The notes under the pieces were generated by a model. That model had not been told where the DNA came from and did no database searches. It saw nothing but the letters and a program-made list of their open reading frames with translations. A stretch of DNA of 64,000 nt from Eledone cirrhosa (taxonomy: Eukaryota). Shown here piece by piece: positions 54,680-64,000 of this stretch (its first letter is position 1; each line of letters begins with the position of its first letter). The stretch spans positions 62,001 to 126,000 of the forward strand of contig CAXHJY010001240.1 of assembly GCA_964016885.1 (NCBI GenBank), read 5' to 3'. A program made the position numbers and the translations under genes.

Positions 54680-57135
54680 CAACGAGTTTACATTAAGAAA
54701 ACATTAGGACGAAAACGTAGAGTGTGAGTGTCGGTGTGTGGGTTTTGTGTGTAAACAGGTTTAACAATAGTAAAAAGAAAGGTAACAATAACTCATAATA
54801 ACAATGGGATTTCCTCAATATAGAAATGTTTCAAGGTTACTCAAGGTAAAAAAAAAAACCCTATAAAACCATGAGTGCGCTGATCTCTGTGGCTAGTGCT
54901 ATGTTCCAGTTGTTCGCCTCCAATTTACAGGGGCACACTCAGAGCGGACCCATTCACTCGGGCCATGCTCGTCTCTCTCACCTGCCTTTCAACAAACTGG
55001 CTGGAAGGCAGCACTTCGCGATTTTCCTCTTCAAGTAAAACCTGAAAAAGTTCATCAGGGATTCGCCGAAGAGGAAAATGCTTGTCTTCAACCCTTTCAA
55101 ATATGTCCACCATACAACCTCTTTCATCGTGACCACCAGAGAGATAGAAAGAGCTTGCCCTTCCTAGCTGATTGCTGGATTCGTCCTACACACGACGGCA
55201 GGTGTTCAACATAAACCCATAAGTCAGCAATGCTTAAACACTGGACGAGTTTATCCCGAACTGGCAAAGCTTCCGGGTAACCTCCAAGCCCACGGATTTC
55301 TGTAAATTATCCGTGGGCCCTGAAACAAAAGTCCTCCCGAAAGGAGTGGCTAGTTAATTGTCGTCGATGCCCAGAATTTTCCTAAGGATGTCTTCGCTTT
55401 TATCCTCTAACCCTCTATTGAACATCCAGGTGAAGTTTCCACCGATTGTACTGCTCGATTGGTAGAGGGCTTTGAACGCTTGAAGACATTTCAGTTTCCA
55501 AGAGCTCCCTCTTGGTTTCCGCTTGTCCCAGCACTGCAGCTCCGTCAAGGAGACGAGCTGGGGAAACACATGTCTAGTGAACGACGATCACACCTGTTCA
55601 CCGTTAAGAAAAAGATGGAAATGTCGTAGCCTAAACGTATGTTTGAGAATTTTCAAACATAGCATTCCCAGTCCTCCACGCAGTGAGTATTGACAGCAGA
55701 TGGACTGCTTAACCATCGGAGCGTATTACTTCCACAAAAAGCGAAAGAGCAAACCCCAGTGCAGTCGGACAAGGCACGACGATCAAGCGGTAGTAGATGA
55801 CGGACACGATATATCGCTCACCACCTCTGCCCAAACTTTCAAGGATAGCTTCCTCTCGGTCCAAGTGCACTAAAGGAAGGTGTCCTCCTCCTCTCTGACC
55901 TCACCAGCCTACAGGCGCATGATCAGAGTAGTTCATTCACTCGGATCATCCTCGTTACATTCATCCACATTTTAATAAATGTGCTGGGAATCAGCACTTC
56001 CATATCCACCCTCACTCTCCTTTCCAAGTGGAACTTGAAAAAGTCGATGGGGGTTTGGTCGAAGAGAAAAGTGCTTGTCTTCAGTCCTTTCGCCTTACCC
56101 ACCAGGGGCAATCTTCACGATGGAGTTTCCCGATAGACGAATTCGTCCAACAGGCGAGAATGCCAAAAGCCGGAAATGCTCGAACACATATCTCGGACAG
56201 GTCCGTCTGACAACATTTCCGTGCCTGTAGAGTTTGTCTCGAACTAGCAGTGCTCCCGGATATTACAGCAAAATCAAGGATTTCTGGAAATTGTCCATAA
56301 TAAATGAACCGAAAGTTCTCCAGAACAGACTGGTTAGTTCGTTCTTCGTCGACGCCTAGATTTTTTCTATGAACGTCGTCGCACGTTCCCACTGCTAGTC
56401 CTCTACAGAACGCTAACGTAGAATTTTCACTGACCGAACAACCCGAATGGTAGAGGTTTTCACTTGACTCAAAGCAGCAGCCCAGTCAAGGTGACGAGTT
56501 GACAAAGACGTGCATAACAAAGGGCATCTACACCTTACTCTCTATTAGTCTATTACGTGTTCCGGCTGGCAGAAATATTAGCAAATGCCAAAAACTCAGC
56601 GCATGCTTGCGCATCAGCCACGATAACCCGAGCCCTCCACGCAATGGGTGTTGGCAGCAGATGGACCGCTTGATTAGTAGAGCCTGTCCATTCCACAAGA
56701 AGAAAAAGAGCAGGCGGTGATATATGACAAGGCGATGTACCTCTGCTTGACTTTTCCAGGAGTTTCCTCCCGATCTATTTCTGCGTGAGAATGACCATCC
56801 TGTTCGTTATCTCGTCCAAGTTCTTATCCACTTTGAGGTATGGACTAAACCAAACCCTAAGCAACTTAACCAATCCGTCCATCCAGTGACATGGTTTTGC
56901 CTCTCCAGATGTCGAGCTGCAAACTCACCGACTTGTCGGGGTTAATTTTTATTCCCGTCAACTTTTCGTATTTCTCAAAGAAGTTGCCGACTTCCTCAAT
57001 TTACAAGGTATTCGACACCGCCATGGTGACGACGTCCACATACGCTGACACAGCCCTTTCACGTTCCAGTTCAAATGCCCTGCAACAGTTCCAACTTCCG
57101 TAGTAGTGTCTTGAGAGTCAGCACATACAGAAGTG
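54680..57135 (-). pseudogene. Decayed L1/Tx1-group LINE ORF2 3' half
   Basis: Minus-strand translation gives LLYVLTLKTLLRKLE, SAYVDVVT (decayed YADD), KINPDKS and a downstream Cys motif, with many stops. Confidence 0.6.
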
Positions 57136-57299
57136 CATTACTGGTACTTTATTTTATCGCCCCCGTAAGGATGAAAGGCAAAGTTAACCTCGGCGAGATT
57201 TGAACTCAGAACGTAAAGGGCCTTTACTATGCTGCGAAGCGAACCTCGGCTGTGTGTGTAAAAATTATATTCAGTTACAAAAAAAAGCAAGAAAATATT

Positions 57300-57870
57300 T
57301 CAATGAATTCCAAATACAAGAATTCACAGAATTAGATCAACTAAGAAACAAGCACAGCAAAAAGCTAAACACATGAAAACCGTTACTAAAACTACAGTCT
57401 TAAATAATCTTACTGGCAAATGGCAAGAAAAACCACTTCATGGTAAATACCTAGATTTAACTACATATCAGTGGTTAGCCTCTTCTGGCTTAAAATAAGA
57501 GGCAACGGTTTATCATAGCAACCCTGGATTAATGCTTACCTACAAGAAGCTATCAGGCCAACATTTTAAAGAATGGCAGCAGCCCATCATGTCGAGTATG
57601 TAAACAAAAGCCTAAAACCATCGATCACATTGGTTCCGTGAGTAACCCTCTTGCGCCCTCAGGGTATCTTAACAGACATGATAAAACTGTTCCGTACATC
57701 CATTGGTTAAGATGCAAGGACCTAGACCTGCCCCATTATAAAAAATAGGTGAGAACACAAACTAGATCCAGTGCCTGAGAAATATCATATCTCACTCCTA
57801 TGGAACGTTTCTGTTAACACCGACAAAAAGATAAGCGCAAATAAGCCATGAATTATATTGAAGCTGAAAA
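57300..57870 (+). pseudogene. Decayed R4/Dong-like LINE fragment
   Basis: KWQEKPLHGKY, LPTRSYQANIL, CRVCKQ..TIDHI, YLNRHD and LLWNVSVNTDKKISANKP, broken by stops and frameshifts. Confidence 0.7.
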
Positions 57871-58926
57871 TCATTCGGTTATTCTAAATAGAATATTAGT
57901 CTAATGATTTTAATCATAGCATAAATTTTTTTTTTCTTTGTAACAAATTGTTCTTCTCGCTCAACATAATGACGTAATTTAATAGAAAAGGAAGAAAAAG
58001 TAGATTGAGAAAATAAAATATAAAAAATAAAACAGAAAAGTAAGGGAAAAGGCAAGGGCTCTAGTGTCACAGAAGAATGGGGAGAGCAAGGAGAGGGTGA
58101 TTGGGATCGGGGCCTAGGGCGGGCACGGCGATAATGGGGCTGCACCCCGCAGACAGGACCGCAAAAGGACTCTCACGGACAATGGCTAACGACACCCGCT
58201 GCAACAGCCACCCAACCTAGTAGGGCTCCTTCTTCAGACGGGCCGCCGACATTCCGATCTTGCGGGAGAGTTCGGCAGTACGGGGTCCAAGTACGCCTGG
58301 GATCTCGACGGCGAGCGATGCGAAGAGGAAGCGGTCGGACAATCCCGTAAAGGGCTGTAACTCTATGCTGCAAAGCATGGTGTCCCACTCTCTACCGATA
58401 CTGCCAATCTAACTCCGTAATAATGGTAATCATATCTTTATCTGGAGTTCTCGGCATGCAGTATCATTGTAGCATTCATGCAGGCATGTACCATCGGCTC
58501 TAAGCTCTCGGTGCAGTTGCAGAGGAGCCGTCGTGATATACAGCGTTTCGTGTGCATTTTAAGTCTTGCCGAAACCATCTCTCTCTCCAGGTCTGAATAT
58601 TTCTTCTCGAGAAAGAGAGAATGGATGAGTGAAAGAAAGAAATGTGACAGAGAAAGACATAGTAGTGGACTGGTAATTTTTATTCTCGACTTAGGAAGGA
58701 TAAAAGGCAAAGTTGACCGCAGAAAGCCAGGGCGAAGATTGCAAAGCATTCTATCGAACGTTCTGCCAATTCACTGCCGCAATTCCTTATGATATTCAAT
58801 AAAAAAAAAAAAAGAGAGAAGAAAAGGGGTCTGTGGAAATTGATGGTGTACAGTCTGTCGGTGGGCTTGGATAGGTTGTATGGGGTAGGGGAATAGAAAC
58901 TGACGTTTAGGGGTTGCCCTTCGTAT

Positions 58927-59004
<78 letters not shown>

Positions 59005-59178
59005 GGATAATTTAGTCTCTTTACGTTTTCAGTTCAAATCCCACCAAGGTCGATTTTAACCGTCTGGGTTAAGATAAAAAAAAAAGGACATCGTGCTAGG
59101 TCGATTTAGCCAACTATAACCCCGCCCCAATGTTAGAAATCAATATTATCAGGAATAGAATAGCATAGATTCTCTTTA

Positions 59179-59215
59179 TGACGTCATATCTACGTCAAAA
59201 TTAAATGTGAGGTCA
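59179..59215 (+). promoter_or_regulatory. CRE palindrome plus half-sites upstream of the basic-protein ORF
   Basis: TGACGTCA at 59179-59186, TACGTCA at 59191-59197 and TGAGGTCA at 59208-59215, about 95-130 bp before the ATG. Confidence 0.4.
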
Positions 59216-59307
59216 TTCTTTCAAGACCTTTCATTCGCCGTGTTTCAGTAATCACTTCGAGACCATTTTTTCTTTCTATACGGTGACTTAAGCCCTCAAA
59301 TAGAAAG

Positions 59308-59871
59308 ATGGCAACTTTAAGACGCAGTTCCCATAGATGTCCAGACAGAGTGCTCAAAAGGAGCAAGCATACAAAGAAAGATAAGAAATACTCAACCGCG
59401 CGATCGAGAAATGCCACCGAGAACCCTGAAGGTACTTCCGGTATTGATAGGCGAACATCGAACAAGAAACACATTCAACTTAAGAAACAGAGCAAAAGGC
59501 GAACGAGTAATTCTTACATGGATCTTTCAAGAACAAGGAGAAGAACTAGGAATACTGTCGGAGGCTCAAGGAGACATAAATGTACACGAGTTCGAACTAG
59601 AACTACTTCGAAGTTGAAACAGAAAAAAGGCCGTAGGCGAGTTCGCCATAACGCAAACTCTTCGACACCTAAAGCTGTGAACTCAAAAGAAAATTCGGTA
59701 GGAACAAATACTGGTGGATTGGAGTCACAGAACGCTCAAAATAATTCTGCTAACGAAACAGAAACGGAAGCTAATACTAATACAGATGGACCTGTATTAG
59801 ATGCTATGGCTATTGACAGGGGTGATGAAACGACTGAAACACAAAATGCATCTGTCGGTACCGAAGAATAA
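59308..59871 (+). CDS. Intronless 187-aa protein with an Arg/Lys-rich N-terminal part and an acidic low-complexity C-terminus (protamine-like / sperm nuclear basic protein candidate)
   Basis: Long ORF in non-repetitive sequence; ATG in aagATGG context; AATAAA at 59888-59893 just after the stop; about 40 R+K in the first ~115 aa and ~13 D/E in the last ~70 aa. Confidence 0.6.
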   Translation: MATLRRSSHRCPDRVLKRSKHTKKDKKYSTARSRNATENPEGTSGIDRRTSNKKHIQLKKQSKRRTSNSYMDLSRTRRRTRNTVGGSRRHKCTRVRTRTTSKLKQKKGRRRVRHNANSSTPKAVNSKENSVGTNTGGLESQNAQNNSANETETEANTNTDGPVLDAMAIDRGDETTETQNASVGTEE

Positions 59872-61358
59872 TGAGCGTTAAATTTTGAATAAACATATAG
59901 AAACGAAAAAAAATTCTTTTCAGTTTTATTCTTCGCCATATGATTTTATTTATTTATTTATTTATTACCAAACAATGTGATGAAATTTTGAATAAAAATA
60001 TAGAAATGGAAGGTGGGGTATATCAAAATCGGTAGGTGTAGTATCAGTTGGAAGGTGATTACCAATATACACTGGGTGGGTTTGCGGCCAAGTGCTGCAC
60101 GGCAGGAATGAATATAAGTGCTGCGGAGACTGAGACATTCATTCTCTTGAGAAAGCCTGCACAGAAAGCTTTGCATGTGAATACCGAAGCATGTGAATAA
60201 GTTCAAGTATCTCAGGGCCATTTTCATGGGTGTTAAACTGCAGGGAGCTAAATTGAATACAAAAATTGCTGGAGCTGGTGCAGTAATGCGCAAGCTTCAG
60301 CACGGGTCACCAGTAGAAGGGAGGTAGGTAAAGATAGCTAAGCTCGCTATCTTCAATTCGGTATTCGCGCCTACCTCAGCATAGCCAGGTACCTTGGTAA
60401 GTAAGCGAAAGAATACGATCATGAATACAAGACATTGAAATGGGGTTCTTTCGAAACCTCTTTGGAGTAACCCTACTCAATAAGGTACGTAGCGCGGAGA
60501 TCAGGGAGTCGGTCCAGGTAGAGCCGCTACATCTCATCGAGAGATCATAGTTCTAGCACTACAGAGATGTGGTTAGAATGTCTGAAGAAAGATGTCTGAG
60601 ACACAGAAATAGATCCTGAGCAAGATGGTTGAATAACATCCATAAGCTCGGTTCGTCTCGCTAAAGGATCCAGTCGGATAATTTGGAAACGGTTGCTTCC
60701 GATAGTATCCTCTAGGAGGTGTACCTGAAGACTCTGTCCCCTAAGAAGAAGAGGAAGAAGAAAAGGTTTTCTCCTCGGTCATATTTTCCATCAGAAACTT
60801 ATTTTTCCTTAAATTACATCTAAAGAAAAGAGAGGCAATGAAATGATTTAGCTGTTGCCCGGGGCTCCACAATATTAATTTTGTTATCACAAATAATATA
60901 AATGGCTCCCGGTGAAATTTACAACCAATGGCCTCTATGTAAACTTAATCCGTTCCTGTTGGTGGCTAGAATATCGGAGAATAAAAAAAAACAACAAATA
61001 TTTTATTCTCCACCATAAACACATACATAAACGCGCGCGCGCACGCACACACACACACACAAAATTAAAATCACATTTATATACTTCTTACTGAATAAAG
61101 TGAAGGCCTGATGTTAAAGGTATTGAGATTGTGATCGTAATATCAGGCGGCGCGTTTTATTCTCAAGCAAGACACTTCATTTCCTATCAATTCATTTGAG
61201 ATAGGAATTTTGTACTCTCAGTCGCAAATAAACTGAGATTAGTTCCGGCCTATTGAGCCTTCGGGTTTGATCAGATTTTAACTAGTGTATAAAATAAGAA
61301 TAAATTGTTGCATTTATACACTAATACCGTATATTTGAAAATAGAGATCCACAATGTA

Positions 61359-62369
61359 CAGGGTGGTCCGAAAGTCTTGTCACCCCTTGTCACATATTGT
61401 TTTAACTTTCATAATATAATATATAATATCATTAATTATAATATACTAGCAGAAAAACCACCCGAAGGGCGGTTTTCTGCTAGCATATGTAGTCTGAATA
61501 TTGATATTATACGTAAGTATATATGCATGTAGATATGATCAAATAAAATCATAATTGACAATATACACAGAAATCGAACGAAACTGCGTTACACTGTCTT
61601 ATGTAATCAGTAACGTAATCCATGATACATTAAAAAATAAGACGATATTATATATAATCTGCATTAGGAGAAAATTAGTGACGGAAATATATGAATGTTT
61701 ATTTAAGCGATCGCTAACCGGAAGTGTTGACATTTGAAAATTTTAAAGAAGTGAATCTTAAAAAATAAGCAACAAAATTATTTATATTTAATCAAGACTA
61801 ACGAAATTTAGTAGATAGCTTATGTAATATTCATTCATTATTTATTCAAGGGCGGTGGATTGGCAGTATCGGTAGAGGGTCGGACGCCATGCTTTCCAGC
61901 ATAGTTACGTCCCTTTACGATCTGAGTTCAAATCCCGCCGAGGTTGACTTTGCCTTTCATCCTTACGGGGTCGATAAAATAAAGTACCAGTAATGCACTG
62001 GGTAATTGCTGGCCTTGTGCCTAAAGTAGAAACAATTATTTATTCAAAGTAACCCAACTTATTTTACAAACGGGATAAAAAAAATATATTCTCGACGCAG
62101 TCCTGCACTCTTTACTTTATTATAATTTAGATAATGATAATAATAGTATTTTCTATTTCAGAGCTCCTACAGTTTGAAAGAGAGGATGCTTGCAAGTGTA
62201 TGGATACATGATCGTGTTCATTCTGGCAAGGGCATGGAGGATGTGCGACATGACTTCACTGCAAGATTTGGCAAATCAGCTCCTCCGAAGAGGATGATAC
62301 TGCGATGGGAACATAAACTGTTTCTCATTACTTTTTGGTAGGGGGTGACAAGACTTTCGAACTACCCTT
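61359..62369 (+). mobile_element. Internally deleted mariner-like transposon with nested Helitron end and SINE
   Basis: TIRs CAGGGTGGTCCGAAAGTCTTGTCACCCC / GGGGTGACAAGACTTTCGAACTACCCT; N-terminal HTH remnant ERMLASVWIH...FTARFGKSAPPKRMILRWEHKLF at ~62180-62325. Confidence 0.7.
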
Positions 62370-62434
62370 CAGAAGAAGGCAGATTCACTTTCAGTTTTCA
62401 AGGTGCCGCTTACTATTGTAGCGGGGTCACCATT

Positions 62435-63110
62435 TATAACGGGTTTTAGGGTCAATTCTTGGTATACATAATAGAAATCAGAAGGCATTTAGAACATTGA
62501 CTAAATCCATTATCGATGTTGTAACTCTATTTATTTGTATTAAATGTATGAACTAAGGTGAACATTACACTATTTCTGACTTTCCTGTAATATGAACATT
62601 TCTTTATCAGTGATATATTTTATTGTGTTTACTATTATATAGTACTTTTTCTTTCATTCAACTGCTACCCTTATTTCTCTGTCGGCTGTAAGCCTAAGCA
62701 GGGGGTGATGTAGCAGTGAATGAAATGTATTTTCCTTCTGCGGCGGAATGGTGTTACGGAGGTAAGTTGGCTGAAGTGTGAGCCAATCGAAACCTTCGGT
62801 GCACTAATTGGACTGTCCAGAACTACGTCACCAGGTGAGCGGAGGTAACCAAGAGAGACATTAGTCTACACGCACCTCTCTTATCGACAAGACCAGGCTA
62901 CACTCATCGCTGCTAACAACATCTCCATCTTGCAATGAAGCGGACCAAACTACATCCTACACATGTAGATACGACCTGTACCTAATGTATCCGTTCAACA
63001 TGTACGACTAATAAATAGAGTTACAACATCGATAATGGATTTAGTCAATGTTCTAAATGCCTTCTGATTTCTATTATGTATACCAAGAATTGACCCTAAA
63101 ACCCGTTATA
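62435..63110. mobile_element. Two LTR-like segments head-to-head sharing a perfect 101-bp inverted end
   Basis: 62435-62535 is the reverse complement of 63010-63110. On +, TGTTACGG(62752)...CCGTTATA(63110). PBS-like TGGTGACCCCG on - at ~62422-62432. Confidence 0.6.
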
Positions 63111-63960
63111 CTATCTGCCAGCGCTTAATACTCAGTTAACTGGGTTGGCGCCCTACCCGTGGCTAACATTGGTGGCCTACTCAGCTTGGACGAACTTCGC
63201 GTCTCCATTGCCCCCAGAGTGGGAGTTGACATCTGTACGGGTCTGAGGTGTCAATGTGGCAAACTCCTCGACTTCACAGGTCTTCAAGCTATTTCTTGCT
63301 GCCTGGATGCCGGTCGCTTCGCGCATCACACGGAGGTAAACCTCATTCTCAAGAGAGCTTTGGCCCGGGAAAACATCCCCCCAATCTTGGAACCATCTGG
63401 GTTGTCCAGAATTTATGGGAAAAGACCTAACGGCGTTACCCTGTGCCCCTGGTCGAGAGGCAGATCAGATGCCTTGTCTGGAGCGTCACAGTTAGTGACT
63501 CTTTTGGTTCATCCCATATCCTGGATGCTGCGGTTAGGGCGGGAGCCACAGCTTCCGCAGCCGAACGGAACAAAATCCTAAAATACTGTGATCTGTCGGC
63601 CAACTACATTTTCCAGCCTGTGGCGTTCGAGACGTTTGAGGGAGTCGGGCTACTGACTGCGAGATTTCTATCTTCACTGGCGGCTCGCCTAACAGAGGCA
63701 ACTAGTGAAGCTCGTGAGGGCGCTTGGTTGTTCCACCACCTCAGCCTCACCATCACCCAAGGTAACGCTGCAAGCGTGCTGGATTGCCTCAACAATCATT
63801 AGAGAGGTTTCCCAGTGCTCCTCGTGATACTGTTATCTTTTACTCTGGTAGCGGCTCGGTTGTCCACCATTTCGCCTGCCTTTTGTTGTATGTTGTCCCA
63901 GATGTGTGAGCGAACCGCTTCTGTGTTCTTTCTTTTCTATCTTTTCCTTTCTTTTTTTCC
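63111..63960 (+). mobile_element. CRE-clade LINE 3' fragment; shorter 3' pieces at ~22830-23130 (-), 33850-34030 (-), 50390-50640 (+), 51200-51420 (+) and 58040-58345 (-)
   Basis: CQCG..., LEPSGLSRIYGKRPNG, AERNKILKY, FQPVAFETF, LFHHLSLTITQGNA; the short copies encode the QRVSL(A/V)IVRG end. Confidence 0.78.
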
Positions 63961-64000
63961 GTTTTCCCTTTCCTTTATATTATATTTGTTTGTGCTTTCG

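Overview
Eukaryotic (animal) genomic DNA, AT-rich, and almost entirely repeats and microsatellites. The dominant tRNA-derived SINE and the repeat mix look like an octopod cephalopod; this is inferred from memory of the family, not checked. Host-gene content is small: a probable intronless gene for a basic/acidic, protamine-like protein (59308-59871, +) and one or two candidate exons of a minus-strand gene (10403-9959, 7189-7050). Recognisable transposable elements are a 5'-truncated Penelope-like element (PLE; RT + GIY-YIG, 44203-50121), LINE fragments of the RTE, CR1, R4/Dong, CRE and L1/Tx1 groups, a non-autonomous Gypsy-type LTR element with PBS and TSD, non-autonomous Helitrons, and hAT and Tc1/mariner MITEs. 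The most striking structure the ORF track does not explain is a set of short non-coding elements inserted in (TA)n tracts. Many are fold-back (inverted) structures carrying type-I hammerhead ribozyme (HHR) motifs from several unrelated families, and several have recurrent non-canonical cores (U3:A8, U4C, U4A). One family matches the 3' end of the Penelope element in this window, which suggests a Penelope-driven set of ribozyme-bearing mini-retroelements. All folds and alignments were done by eye.
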